From NCBI GenBank assembly GCA_036172245.1, contig JAYWIR010000006.1, positions 1,798,001 to 1,862,000 of the forward strand: a stretch of DNA of 64,000 nt. The letters run 5' to 3'. Of this stretch, positions 24,151-38,168 are shown piece by piece. The position numbers and the translations under genes were made by a program. The stretch's first letter is position 1, and the number at the start of each line of letters is the position of its first letter. A model generated the notes under the pieces. That model did no database searches and was not told where the DNA came from. It saw only the letters and a program-made list of their open reading frames with translations. The DNA comes from Raillietiella orientalis. Taxonomy: Eukaryota.

Positions 24151-25112
24151 CGGGGTAGGGAACGGCCAAGATACGGCGCCGCGGAACGGTTCGTCTGGCG
24201 GCGACCTGCCGAAGAACGATCATACACGAAGAGCAGGGTAAGGGAGGCTGCAAATGATCACTGTCTCGTTCGCAGAGACCTGAAGCCCGCGGCGGTGACC
24301 GCGACGCACCGGTCCTGGTGGCAGCAGCCATCGTGCAATGATGGCGTCAGGTGATGTCTCCATCATCTCCCTCTGGCATCCGATGTTGACGACATCCCGA
24401 CATTCTTACACCCTCGCTCTCTCCTCTTCCTCCTTGCCTCTCTCCATCGCTTGAACACGCCCAAGCAGCGAATGGGGGAGGGGGGGGAATGCTCTTGAAA
24501 CGCACCAGGACATGAATTTTTTTTTCTTTAACCCGCACACGTCCAGCGCCAGCATCCTTAAGAAGCGCCCCGGAGTTTCAGGAACTTTCCCGGCAGACAA
24601 GACGGCGAGGGATCCAGTAGAGAGCTTCAGAAGAGCTCGGCAAGCGGGCGGGAACGCCGCAGGCATGTCCCCGTGGCGAAGGGAGAGACAATCTCCTTAC
24701 TGCCCATGTCTGAGCTCCGTTTCGCTTCTGCGCCGCCCTCTGGAAGGCCATCCCCTGTCGTCGGGCGAGTCCCGGCCGTCTCCCAGGAACGGCTCCGAGA
24801 TCGCGTCCTTCCCAGGAAATTCGCACTCGGCTCCAGTCGTATCCCTCTGCCGGGGAGAACGCGGGGGACCTCCCGTCAAAGTGGGGACGCGCTGAAACTG
24901 GGTCCCGGGAGCGTCCGGCATCTCCCCCTCTATTCCCCCCTCTCAGCGCGCAGGTGACGGCGGCAGCACCAGTTTTAATTACCGGGTGCTTGCGCGTCAT
25001 GGGGCGATCCCTAATGAAGCCTCATGCGTCCGCTGCTGTCTTGCTCGTTTCCATAGTTCCGCAAGCGAACATCTGCCTTTAATTCCCGACTTTCGAAAGC
25101 ATGCAGGTTTTT

Positions 25113-25146
25113 TCTCCTCCTCCTCCTCCTCCTCCTCCTCCTCCTT
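25113..25146. repeat. (CCT)n microsatellite
   Basis: About 10 uninterrupted CCT units. Confidence 0.9.
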
Positions 25147-26599
25147 CAAGTGGTCCGTTTGGCCTGGGAGGGAGCCGCTCCTGTAGCCCACCCTGAGCGC
25201 ACATACGTGCCTCCCCCCCCCTTCCTCCTCCTCCAGGGCGCGCGAGCGGCACGGAGTACCGCGAACGCGGACAGCCTCCTCGCTCGGCTCCTTTCCGCCC
25301 GCGAAGCGGATGACGCCTGCGCAGACGGAGCTCCAGCTTTTCCCCCGCTTAATAAATGCACTTCTGTACCTGGGAAGCTGCGAGTTCCGTCAGCGGCCGA
25401 GCAGTGGTGCCAGGCAGCCCAAAGAGACAGCATGAGGGCTTAGCAGAATCGCGCGCGCAGCATGCGGATCTCCGAATCTCGTAAGTCGTTCTTTTTCTCT
25501 CTCTCCCTTTCGGATTCCTCCGCCCTCTCCTTCCACCCCCCCCCCCTCCCCAGTCATTTTACCTCCGTCCAGGGCTCCTTCCGCTTGAATTTTTTTTTTT
25601 TTTTTCTTCTCGAAAAGTGGAGAGGGTCGGCAGAGGGTTCAGCGCTGAGACCAACATCGCGCGCCCCCAGATCGGTGGTGCTGGAGGCTGCACGAGGAAG
25701 GAGGAGAGAAAATGGAAAAGGAAAAAAAAAGCAGGGAAACAGGGGTGCAAGCCACCGCAAATTTTCCTTCATCCTCCGCGTCTCCCCTGACGTCGATTCA
25801 GGAGCGCGGCCGTTCGGAGCAACCGGAGGGGGGCTCCGGTTGTCTGCCAGTCTCCCACTGCTGCTCCGCCAGCCCGCAATCCCACGGGCGGCGGCACGCG
25901 CGCGCGGATTTGCACTTGCGCAGCTCCACGAGCGAGTTCCGCACCGCCACCGCCAGCCAGCTCTGCGATCGCTCCCCTCCCCCTCTCAGACTCTGCCTGA
26001 AGCTTGAGAGGGGTCATCTCCCCTCGGGAAGGAAGAGGGGAGAAAGACGAAGAGGAGGAAGGAAGGGTCGTTACCGGCGATGAGTTCCCGGGGGTGTGAC
26101 GGCAGGAAACTCTGGATCAGCGGCAACGAGGGACACCGGCTGCGGCCAAGTTCCTCCCGTCCAGGATGGGGGCGAGTGGGGATCAAGGACGCCCAGAACA
26201 GCCTCCAGACGAAGATCCGCTCGGACAGCCTCCCTCTGCTCCCCCCCTCGTCTCCTACCTTCCGCCCACACCCGGAAGCAATGAGAGCGCCATGAGAAAG
26301 AAGAAAGCTCGGTGGGGCGACCTGCGCTTCCCTAGGACCGAGGATGTGACATCCCTTTCCTCTCCTTGCCCCTCACTCCTCCGCCCGGACGGAGTAGGAG
26401 GGGTCGCGGATGAAGCCCTCCGAGAAAGCATCCCTGAGCAAAGCGCGGCCGGCCGACGGGAGAGAGACCGAGTGCACCCCTGGTGGCAGACTCTGGGAGT
26501 CTGCGGTCGGCGTCTCCCACGGCCGTGATCTCCCTCCCTTACACTTCCCGCCCTGCCGAGACCACACCTACCATGCCCTTCCTACCTCCAGCTGCCACG

Positions 26600-28260
26600 A
26601 CAGCAGGAATCTGCGCCCTACCCCAACCCCAGACGCCCTGGCGACGGGACGCCCTGGAAGCACGTGACCTTCCAATCCTGCCACAGAGGGATCACCTCCG
26701 GACCCGCCCTGGAGGCACGCGAGATGCGGAGGATGTCGCGGAAGCTTCCCAGAACCGCTCCTCGCCGGCCCTCCGGATTCCAAGAAAGAAGGACCAAGAC
26801 TGGAATGGACACGGAGGGGGTCAAGGTCCACCAGGAAGCAAGGAGAGACTTGCACCTGCTCCCCCATGAAGAAAGCGCAGGACCAGTGCGCCTGGTCCAG
26901 AGCTTCGGGCAGGATCAGGAGGCGGGTTCTCGGCCCTCTTCAGAGTGGAGGAAGAGGAGAGCACTCTCGCAACACCCCCCACCGCGGGTGTCCGGCCCTC
27001 CCCACTCCCCCCGCTCGTCTTCGGCGTTCGTCCCATGGCCTCCAGGCGCGCCCTCCGACTCCCAAGCGGGACCCTTAGCCCCTCGATGGAAGGGTGTGAC
27101 CATACCCCTTCCCCTTTGCGGCTCGCGGGGCTCAGGTTCCCCGACCCGCCGTCTCTGTGGCGAACTGCAGGAAAGGCAGCAAGGGGAGACTTTTCTTCGG
27201 GGCAGGTAGGGAAAAGCCCCCCAGGGGAGGAGGAACGGCCCCACGGTCTGCGCGGCGACGGAGGACCGGGGAGAGGAGGGGCTCCTAGGGTCTCCCAGGG
27301 GGGCGAACGCGAGTCAGAGCGGCTCGGCGCGATGGCCACCACCACAAGCACAGCATCTTCTTCCTTGCAGCTGGACGACGGACGCCGCCGGAGGGCTGCT
27401 GAAGTCGCTCTCCCGATGCGCACGCCGTTCGCCTGCCTCGTCCTCGTGCTGTACCACTGTCTGCAGTCCAGGGAGAAGGCGCAGGCCGCCCGGGAAGGTA
27501 GGGACTCGAAGGGAGAAGGTCCTTGTAGGGCCGTGCAGCTCCTCGACCAGACTCGACCCATCCCTCGCGCCGCTTCCAACGCGTCCGCTGAGCACAGAAC
27601 GGGACTACCGGAGAGTCGCCGTCGCCGTCCGTCCAAGGACGACGAAGAGCCCACCTGAGCGTTTGTTTTTCATGCTCCTGGCTTTAGCCAGGAACGGAGA
27701 GTTCCCCGGGTCCTATGGAAAATGGGGCAGTTGGTCGGCGCATGTAGAGGCTTCTCTGAAGAAGCGGCGCAAGTTGCGGGCACGGCAAGTCGCGTTCCGC
27801 CAGGGACCCTCCGTGAACCTCCAGAGAAACGCGACTCCTCTCGGCCGTGCCTCATCCCGGAGAGGGGTCACTGCCCCCTGCGTCCAGAATTTCCTCCCCC
27901 GGAGCGGGATGGCCGTCCGTCCGCTGCCACACCCCTGATGCTGCTCTCGTGGTCCCATCGATCCCTGGTCGTCTCTCGAGCTCCTCTTTGCGCTTCTGTT
28001 GCCATCAAAGAAGGCCGTGGCCCCCTCAAAAGATCCTCGCCGGACATCCGGACCAATCGGTTCTCGATGGTCCGCCGCAGACCATCTACGAAGAGGAGAT
28101 GGGAATGAACGGGGCATGTGGAGTGGGTCTTCCTCCTTCCCGTGAGGCAGGCGCAGCTTCGTGTCAGGGTGCCCATCGGACGTCCCCTGTCGTGGAACAT
28201 TAGGTCACCCTGACTTCTACACGACCGAGCGGCCCTAACCGCCGCAAGACCGCGCGTCAG
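26600..28260 (+). mobile_element. Decayed 5' half of a LINE (ORF1-like + APE-like)
   Basis: KTGMDTEG, QCAWSRASGRIRR (degenerate CCHC), QLLDQT (LQET-like), WSHRSLV (SDHR-like), GRGPLKRS. Confidence 0.35.
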
Positions 28261-28299
28261 CATCTCATGCGTCCCTCCGGCTGTTTCCGAGCAGCCTCG

Positions 28300-28720
28300 T
28301 CCCGGGAGGCAGGCTGGGTAGGATGAATTAGCAAGGCTGCAGGGCTTGCCCGCCCCCGTCCTCAGCTGCGAGATTTACGCGGGCGTCTGGGTTTGTGGGA
28401 CTGCCCAGCCTGGGCTTTGGATCGCACAGCAATGGGGTCTCTCCTGATGGTCGCCGCTGCTGACAGGAAGCAACCCTTGGCACCCTGTGATTCTCGAAGT
28501 TGATCCCGAAGCAGTTCTTCGGTGGTCTGCAGGATGAGGATGAAGGAGGCCGTCGCCATGGAGAGCTCCCTTTTCCCAGGATTCCCTACTTTTCTTGATG
28601 TTGGTGGGGAGACGCTGCTTCTCTCGCCACGCGTCGGGTCCGTTCGACCCTGTCGCCCGCCGTTCCCGACGACGGCGGGCATCAGGCCGTCTGCCCCACT
28701 AGCGGCCGAGGGAGAGAAGG
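28300..28720 (-). pseudogene. Decayed LINE RT N-terminal fragment
   Basis: SGADGLMP, SRKVGNPG..TASFILILQTTEELL, QGAKGCF in ORF 28362..28823. Confidence 0.35.
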
Positions 28721-31489
28721 AAGGGAAAGGCAAGGATGAACGAGCGCAGTCTAGCATGAAAGGTCGGCTCGCGACTTTTTGATAGTCGTTACCAAGAAAC
28801 TCCTTCGACTGGGCGACTGTCAACGAAGGGCAACGAGACCGTCCCGAAGAGGTTGTCCTGGACCAAGCGCTTCGCAGGGATGCGAAAAAGCGGAACAGAA
28901 TCGTCCCAGTTAATCAGTCGCTCCAATCGGGATCAGTTCCTTTATTATCCTTGCTCCCAGCTGAGTTTTTGTAATTGGATTCATCAGCGCCATCTTGCAA
29001 GGACCCTATTTTTCTTGAAAGCAATTAATGCTGAAAAGAGAGAGACGGACTCGCCGCGCGCTTTATGAAGAGACACGCAGCGAGCCCGTCTTTTCAGTTT
29101 CTCCAGAAAGAGAGGAAAGGGGTGAGAAGGAACGGCGGGAACCGGAATTCTGAGTGAAGGAGGAGCGGGAGAGGAGAGGAGGAGGAGGAAGAGAAGTTTG
29201 ACGCTCACTCACAGGCACATCGGTTCCTTCCTGGAGAGGATTTGCAGGCGATCCCGGAACGTATCGGCGGATTTCCCAAAGAAGCTCGCGAGCTCGCACC
29301 TCCGAGGCCATGACCGAAGGACCAGCGGCCCCCGGCAGGTGAGAGAAGGGTTCTGAGCTACCGTCGCTCCCGGCGGTTTCCCGTACCGTGGCCGATGAGC
29401 CGCCGCTCCAGGAAGACACCATTCGAACGTAATCGAATCGCTCTAGAGGGAAACTAACGAGCGGACCTCCCCCTGGTTGCTATAGTAACCGCGCGCCGTA
29501 CATGCGATCCTCAGATGAGACTTTGGGATACACAAATGGTGCATTCGCCGATGAGAACAGAGTATCAGAAGTGTCTGCAAAAATTTGTTTTCAGAAAGAG
29601 ATGACGCGCGCGCAGCTGACGAGAGCTCCAGAAGCAGATGCGCCCGCAACCAATTCGTTTCTTGCAGGTGCAAAGAGGAATAAGAAGAAAAAAGGCTTTT
29701 TCTCTTGGAAAAGATGAAAAAAGAAAAGAAAAAAAAAGAAGAAAGAACCTTCAAGAACGTTTTGGCTGGTCATCGCATTCGTCACTCGGCCCGCGTCGCA
29801 GCGGAGCGTTTGGTGGGCATGCGCCGCGCGGCCACTCGACCCTCATCCCGAGGAGGCAGCTCCATGAGCATCCACGCTGCCTGAACGCATGCATCAGCTC
29901 CCTCCCTTCTTCCCCCTTCGCTCCCTCCTTGTTTCGGGATCCTCGTACCCTCTTCAGGCTGCTGATCCGCTGGTCGGGAGGTGCTGCGGCCGTTCGAGGC
30001 GGCGAACGCGGCGAATCCGCGCCCTCAGGGTCCGCGGTAAGCCATCCCGGGGTGACTCCTGCCGGCTTCCTCCTCGTCGCAGCAAACCGCCCGCTTTCGG
30101 AGCGTGCGGCTGGCCTCTTTCCATCTCCACGATAGACCCTCATTCGGTTAATGGACCCTTGCAGGGCCGGGGCCTTGGGGCACCCTCGCGTCGCATCCCC
30201 AGAATGGTCATCTCCGCTGGAGAACCAGTGACTGCCATAGCAGGCGAAAACGAATTGCGCAGTGCACAGGGAAAGCCCTCCACCTTTCGTCTAGGAAAGT
30301 AGGGGCAGGAAGTTTTGGAAATGAGCCATTCCGGAACATGGCGGTCTCCAAGGACACCCTGAGCGGCCTCGGCGTCCTCGCAACCTCTCTCTTCTCCTCC
30401 GTGCTTTCCTGTTTCGTTTCCTTTGGCGATCAACCCAGAGGAGGACGGAAGGGGAGGAGGAGAACCAGAATCGGTGGAAGGGGAAGAGCGAGAGAGCCCT
30501 CTTCTGGGTGCACTCGCTCGCCGCAGGCTGAGTCGGGCCCGTAAATCCCTCCTCCTTCTCCTCCTCCTGCATCCTGCCAGGCAAGAATCTTCCTGTATCC
30601 TCGTCCAGACTGGTCTGCTTTCGGATCCCTACCTCCCCCCCCCGCGCCGTCGCCCTCTTCTCCCGCTAGCCCCTCCCGTCGATCGGGCGCTTGCGCTGTT
30701 CTACCCGTCTTGCCGCAGGCACCTCTTTCCAGCTCTTCTCCTCGCGAGGCGAACGAGACGACAGCCTCGGAGACGAGGAGAGAAAGGTGCGGAGTTTCCA
30801 ATGAGGCGTTTTTCTTCCCGGAGACGCGAAGAGCTACCGCCCTCGCTATGCGGCGCGCGCGTTTCTTTCCCCTTCCCACCTCCTCTCTCCCCCTCCCTCC
30901 CTCTCCGCGTGTCAGCGGCTCTTGCGGCGTTCACCTCACGCGCAATGTATGCCGGACGCAGCTGGGACGCCGCGGTCTTTCCGAGGTATCTGGGGACCGG
31001 GAGCTGCCCCTGAGCCCGTCGGCCGGGAGGAACCCCCGGCCGCCGCCGTTCCTTCGCTGCTCGCTCGCCAGCGGCACGGAAATGCTCCTCGGAGGTCCTC
31101 TCTCCCCATCCAGCTCGGCATGCCCTTCCCTCGGGTGCTCGCCGCGGGCGACCTCCTTCAGCGTCGCGCCCTTTGCTCGTCGTTTCCGATGATGTGCGCT
31201 GCTGTTCCTCTGCGCCTGACCTCTACCAGCTTCCTCTCCCGGGAACCAGAAGGGCCATTCCCTCGTTTGCATCACTTCCCGGAGGAAGCCTCTCGTTCAT
31301 GTCGCTCCCTCCCCCCTCTCCCCTTCTATTCGTGAACTCGAGTTTCGTGCAAGGACTGCTTGGAGCGCCTTCCTTGTTCTTCTCGGAGGAACTCTTTCCA
31401 GGAAGTGAAGGAAAACGCTAGAAGGATGCCTCCCCCTTTTTGTCGCGCGCGTCTTTGGCTGCTGCCGCCCGGTTCACACGCGGTTGAGA

Positions 31490-34400
31490 GGGCAGCATCG
31501 AGGGCACAGCGTACCTTTCCTTTCGGAGCGTGAGGTCCGACAAGGTTCTCGGGTCGGAAGCAGGTGGCCTCCCCCGCGTCGCTTCCCCTCGGCGGGGCGT
31601 TCCCCGGACGGTCTCACCTCCTGGCGCTGCGGCTGGAATTCGCGCGCAGCGATCGGTGATACGCGCTCGGCGCTTGAAGAGGACGCATTTCGGGAGGATC
31701 GCCCACAGCGTACACCTCCACCTGAACGTCTGATGGGAAGCTCGCTGGCAGCAGTTCGACCCGGGTGGTGGCCCGAGCATGACCCCGGCACGGCTCCGGA
31801 TGCGCTGGACGTCGTCACGCAACGCCAACATCAACTATCCTCTTCTGTTGTTTTCTGCCCGTTTCTGCTCTAGCTGCCCTCGCGTCTCCGGCGGTCTCCG
31901 GCTCCCGGGCACCGGTGCTCCCGTCCACGTCGCAGGCCCACCTCGGTCGGCGGGACGGCCTCCCTACTGGTCTGCCCGGGAGACCCACCTTTATAGAACG
32001 GCAGAAGCGCCTCCGGGGAAGGGCGGAAGAAAGGCGCCGGCTCTGTCACAGAGGATTCCGTGGATGTCGCTGGCAACGAGAAGTCCACGGAAGAACGTGC
32101 GTGACCGGGGAGGGGGGGGATAATAGGGAAGAGCGAGTGGACGAAGCGAAGCGCTTCACTCCGTGAAAAGCTCAGCTAGAGTGGGTCCAGCTCTCCGGCC
32201 CGGCCCGCGGAAGACCAGGCACGCGTGCAGTCTTCCGCCACGTGGGAACACCGCTGAGGAGGTCCATCCAACAGATGGCATCACCTAACGGGCGGCAGAT
32301 GCGACCTTCCGCATAAACATGACCCGACGCCCAGCGCCTTTCCCGCCATCCAAAGACCTTTTTGGTACCCTCCACCGACACGTGCTCCATGGTGTTCACT
32401 CGGAACCTCCGTGAGCTTCTTCTGCACCCGAATTCGGTACACGTATTTTCGCAAGGATAGTCCACAGTGTCCACCACCACCTGAACATCTGGTGGGAAGG
32501 TCTCTGGCAGCTGTCCTCCCTGGGCAACGATCCCGAGCATGACCTCGGTACGCGCTCCGGATGCGCTGGAAGTGGTCACACAAAGTTGTCCTCGTGAGCA
32601 CCTATCGTGGAGGCCACACCTCTGGGAGAAGTGAAAAGGAAGTGAAGTGAAGGACGAGTGGACAAAGTCCAACACCCTGCTCTCCTACCTCTTCCTGGCG
32701 TTCTCCAAAGCCGGTGGCTGGCCTTCTAAGGCGCCAGTTGTGCTCGCGTGGTGGCGCCCCGACCTCCGCCTTGAGGGTAGCGGTGACGTGTCTGGAGGCT
32801 GCGGTGGCGCCGAACGGACGTTCGACGTGCACTAGTGAAGCCTCTAACCCTCTCATCACTACTGGGTGCCGTGACTCCGGGGTGCCAAGAGTTGGGTCTC
32901 CCACAGGGTCCCAGAATGCCAATGGAGGACAAGTGGGAGGCTGCCTTGAGGTATCACGTGCTTTCTAGAGAGTCGCGCCCGCGCTTTCGGATGGACGGCT
33001 GACGTCCGGGATAGCCCGGCAAAGAGGGTTGGCAGCCACCCTGTCCCCTCTCTATCGCTCTGCGGAGCACCCAGGTAGTCGGACGGGCAGCATCGAGCCT
33101 GCGCGTTTTCCGGCCTTCGACCTGCAGCCCGAAAAGCACCCCCGGGTCGTTTTCCGGGATCAGATGGTCGGAGTCCACCTTCCCTGAGTCGCTTCCCCTT
33201 GACGGGGCGTTCTCCGGACGGCCGCGCCTCCCGGCGCCGCGGCTGGAATTCTCCTGCAGCGATCCGGGAAGAAACCCACCCGGTTCCCGGCGAGCTATTC
33301 CTCGGACAGGGGTCCTTGTGAGCTTCGCAGCACCGCTGCCCTCCTCGCCTTCCGCCTTTCTGGCGATCCTTCTTTCCCTTTTTGGACGTTAGAAGTCCAG
33401 AGGGGAGGAGACCCTCACGTGTCCCGCGAGCCCTTTCCCGATTTCTCCCCTCCCTTCGACGACTGCCTTCGAGGAATTCCTTTTCCCTCTTTAGCGGTTT
33501 CCCGAGTCCGTGGAAAACTCCCAGGGGGTTCGAAGACTTGCCGCAGCCTGAAAGTCATCGAGCACGGAAGTGTTTGCCGACCGAGAGACGAAGAACACTT
33601 GTTGCTGGACGACGGAGTCGTCCATTGGTCCGAACGGGTGCGTGCAGCCTGCGATTCCTGTATTTTGAGGCGTCGGGAGGGAGGAAGGGGGGAGGGGGAG
33701 GGAGACGGGAGCAAAAAAAAAAAAGAAAAGAAGGAGATGATAAGATGTACGAAGGTTTGCAGCGACGAGGAGAGGAGGACGCGTTCCCGGTGCCCACCAT
33801 GGGATGCGAGCCGCCGGGTTCTGTGGGGGAGCAAATTGTGCGGAGCGGCGAACAACCCCTTTTTGCGGTAGGAGGGGCCGCAGGTTAACACGCTCTTCCC
33901 GGTGCCGATAATGCGGGTGCTTACAAAGGGCTTCAGCTTGCCGACTTGTTCTTAATTAAGCAATAATAATTCAGGCTTTCGAGCTGGCTGCATCATGGCT
34001 ATTTTTAGAACTCCTCCTGCAGGCTCTCGAAAGGTGGCAGCACAGTTTGTCCTTCCGGCGGCTTTTCCTACGCAAGCACCACCCGAAAGAAATTGCAGCG
34101 CATCACTGGAACGCGCCGTTTTGTATCTGCCAAGTGTGAATTCTTCCGATGCGCCGACACAGGTGCTGCTGACTGCATCCCGTTGCTTCCGGGGGAAAAA
34201 AAAAAAGGAAAAAAAAAAGGGCAGCAGCACCTCCCCTTCTGCTGCCGCTCTCCGGATACGGACGCGTGCGCCACGGCTCGAAGTCGAGGAGGAGGGGGGC
34301 TGGTGGGTGCGGCGTCTTTTCCCTTCGGGCGCGACAAGAGACTTCCGCCGACGCGAGACACGGGACCTCCGTGAGCGCCCGGGACGGCGCGCGGACCGGG

Positions 34401-36900
34401 GGGGCTGGCTGCGTGCGCGCCTGCCGGCGGGACGCAGCACCGGTCAGAGACGGCGGTCGCCTCTGCTGCAGTTTCTTGCACGGTCCTTCTGCTGACGAGA
34501 CGACGGTTCCCGCGAGCGAGGCTACACGCACGGTGTGCCATCGCGTGCGCGCCAGCAGGGGGACGCGTGCCCGGGTGCGCGAAAGAAAAAGTCCGCTGAT
34601 CGAAAGGCAGCAGCAGCAACAAGACGAAAGGTGCTCTTTCCATCCTTCTCTTCCGGACGGACTCAATTGGACGAGTTCTCTGTCGTGTTCTTCGACTCTC
34701 TGGCACCCGACCACTGGTGCGACCAGCGTGCAAATGGAATTTGGCCGGGAGACGGCAAAATTTCACCTTGCAAATCGAAGTCAGCGGAATCGAACGGCCA
34801 TAGCAAACAACAAAAAAATCAGTCATGTACACAACGACGTCTGAATGTATGTACCGATCTGCAAACGTTTGCCGCGAGTACTCATGCGCATTTGTTTACG
34901 TGCTCGCATGTTCTTTTTCATCGAATTTCTTTTTCCTTTCTTCGCCTGATGTTCCTAGTGGAAAGAAGCACCGCTGTCTGTACAGTACATGCGTGTACCA
35001 TCCTCAAAGCTATCAATACAAACTAGGAGTTTGCAATGTACAGAAAACTCGGCTCACTTCGAGCCCCGTTTGAGGCTCCAAATCGTTAGCTCGGAAGCAC
35101 AGACATCCATCCTTCGAAGCTGTCCTTCGGTCACGCTTGTCATTAGTCCCGATCAGGACTCACTTGGAGGGCGAGGTGTACCCCATTCTACCGTACTGGA
35201 CGCCGTCCATTCCGGAGGCGAAGGAAGACTTTTTGTCCCAACGAGCTGCGAGCTGCATTGCGCCGATCAGACCATGGGAGCGGAGGAAGGCTCTTCAGAG
35301 CAGGAACGGGTGTCTCCCCCCTCTCCCTCCCCAGACCAGCAGGTGCTTCATGGACTTCATGCGGGGCTCTGCTCGAAGAGAGAACGCGGAACATTCGAGC
35401 ATCGCAAGCGCTTGCAGACGCACGAAGCCAGGCTCAAGGAACACCGCGTCTGTGTGTGTGTGTGGGGGGGGGGGAAGGGGCACGCCAACTCCGAAAAACC
35501 ATCGTCAGCACGGTCCGCGATGCCTCTGGCCAGTGATCTGACCACGTGCGCGGGTGCGTCCGGGAAAACCGCGATGACGGCGGAAGTCGGCGCTCCGGAG
35601 CGGGTTTTCCCCAAAGGCCCACTCTTTGGGGCCTTCCGGACGCGGACGTCGTAGACCGGAAGCTTTGCGGCGAGATTGCTGCCCGCTGATGAGCGACGAT
35701 CTGCCTGCGTTGCACCCGGCCAGCCTTCCGTAGGAGGCGCAGAGACCTTGCGTGACCCTAGCAACCCGGAATCCCCTTCCTGCCAGCACGGAAGGCGTTC
35801 TTCGCGGGGACCCTCCGGCCTCGCTGCTTTCGAACCAGGACGAGCGCAGGGATTTTCACGGACCCTGACCGAGCAAAGTTCCCTCTTGCGAAGTTCCGTA
35901 AATCAGAGGCTCCGTTTTCACCTCCCCCCTCCCCCTTCCTCCTTCCCCGACTCATTCGAAAGCACGCAAAGGGGAAAAAAAAAGGTGTTTGGGATGAATG
36001 GCTGCTCGCAGGGAGGACGCCATTCTTTGGAGCAATCCGAAAATTCTTTGTTCCGACTGAGCTTGAAGAAAAGAAAGAAGAGGCGGCACGGTGTTTCCCA
36101 ATTATTATAAGGAAGGATATCAATGATCTGTCATGAAAGTTCAATTATGCGGGCAGGCGCCCTTCATATTGGATTTCATTATGCGCTTCCCTAATGACCC
36201 GCGATTTTCTTCGAGACCCAGGACTTTTCGGAGTTCCCGAATCATGAACGCGTCGTCTGGCGACAGACCTGCAGCCTCCGAGGCACGCGCGCTCTAAACT
36301 GGGCTATCACGCGGTCTTCCACGAACGATCCTCGGTATCACCTTGACTACCAGCCTGCCCTTTCTGACCTCCCTCCCCTCAACAACCATTCGATCATAGC
36401 GTTCAACATTAGTGCGCCAGTGCACCATCCTCCACGGTTCCCCCCGATTCTTGGAAAGCTCGCAGGCAATTGTCCAGCCTGGCCGAGGACCCAGAGTGTG
36501 CTCCCCTAGATGGACTTTCAATCAAGATAGGATGCAGGCGTGCAGCACCGCCGTGCCTGTGATTTGGGAGGAAGGGGGGGTTGAGTTCCTCGTGTTCTTC
36601 GACTCCTGGGCACCCAACCACTGATGCGACCAGCGGGGCCGGTGCCCATCGGTCGGCAAAGAGGGTTGCCAGCCTCCCTGTCCTCTCTGTCGCGCTGCGG
36701 AGCCCCCAGATGGTAGGGCAGCATCGAGTCCGCGGGTACCCGGCTTTCGACCTGCAGCCCGATAAGTAGCCCCGGATCGTCTCACGGGATCGGGTGGACG
36801 GAGGCCACTTTCCCTGGGCCGCCTCCCCCTCGGCGGGGCATTCGCCGGACGGTCGCGCCTCCCAGCGCTGCGGCTGGGATTCGCCCGCAGCGATTCCGGG
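31490..36900 (+). repeat. Fragments of an unclassified interspersed repeat / duplicated pseudogene family
   Basis: Same-strand similarity: 31490-31655 ~ 33085-33265 ~ 36717-36895; 33017-33085 ~ 36654-36717; 31690-31822 ~ 32452-32583; 34670-34730 ~ 36582-36636. Confidence 0.75.
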
Positions 36901-38168
36901 ATGCGCGTCCGAGCGTCGAGCACCTTCCACGCATGCGGTCCGCAGCTCAGAAGGGTGGCGGAACTCCAACTGGAAAAGTCTTGTCGAGAAGTGCCCGGAG
37001 GAAATGCCTCCGGGCACTTCTCGACAAGAGGCTGCCGTCCATCCCTAAACCGGGGCCTGCTTAGCCCCGCGGTGAATTTATGTCTGAGGGGCTACCTGAC
37101 CGTCTCACGGGTCTCCAGTCGCCTTGGAAGCGATCTGGGAGCCGTCCGGGATACCATGGCGGGCTATCGCCGCTCCTGAGGACCCGTCGAGCTCCGGATT
37201 CATCTGGCGGCGGTCGCCAGAGGACCCTGGCTGGTTCGCCGCCCGCACCGAGTGGGAGTTCGCCCTCCCTCTCAATATGTTCGCCGCTCATCTGCTCTCG
37301 AGACGCTCCTTGTCGTCGCTCGCACTTCGCCGAAAGCCGCACCGAACTCTTCCAGTGGAGGAAGTGTGGGTAACGGACACCCAAAATGTGGACGGTGAAT
37401 AAAAAGACAAGGATGGGGAGCTCAGGGAAGTGTGTGATGAACAGCAGCCAACTCGAAAACAGAGGTGCCAGAGTGGCAGCGTCGCAGTCGAGGAAGGGCG
37501 AGATCGCTTTTGGCGAGGAAATCGACCTGCCTTTTCCAAAAGCCTGCTAACAGATTTGTGGCAGCCCTAAATTCCATTTCTTGGGACATTAGTTCTCTTC
37601 TCTGCCGGCGGCAACCGATGGGGTATGTCGAGAGCAAGAAACTGCCTCCGGGAAGAGACCCTTGGGACATCGGAGGTGGTCTCCCGGCCATCCAAGATTC
37701 CTCCCTCGACTTCCTAGAAGCATCTCGTAGTGCATGGAGGAAATGCTTCGAGGACCACTATGGCGAGCAAAATTCCTCGAAGTCATCGGAGGAAAATAGG
37801 GAATGGAGCGCGCAAGGAAACACGCGACCCGAGGAAAGGAGCCACGTGACCTCGGCGCTGACAGGTTCGGTCTGCCGTTCCGGCATCCGGGAGCCGGGCG
37901 ATCCAAAAGAAGCCTATGCAGCTCGGAACGAGACTCTTGAGGCTGCTTTTCCCCTTCAACGATGATTTGTCCACACAACACTTGGCATCCACCGCTTTCT
38001 CTCCATCTCAGACGGCATTCTTGCAGATTCCCGCCAACACATACATAAAAAGAAGAAGAAAAGGGTGTAGGAGAGCATTGCAATGAGATGGGGGAGTAAA
38101 CCTTATTGATGGGACACGTTTGTGACAGGAAGAACTTTTCTTGACGCCGTGATCCTCCTACGGAACTG

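Noticed and set aside
24900..31400. Many overlapping 100-280 aa Arg/Pro/Gly/Ser-rich ORFs
   Set aside because: Expected from high GC content; no domain signature apart from the decayed LINE pieces noted. A CpG-island promoter for the Side-like gene is possible but not supportable.
34535..35026. SLC22 transporter exon from the PDHWC motif
   Set aside because: No preceding transmembrane helix or other SLC22 features; the motif is part of the repeat shared with 36582-36636.
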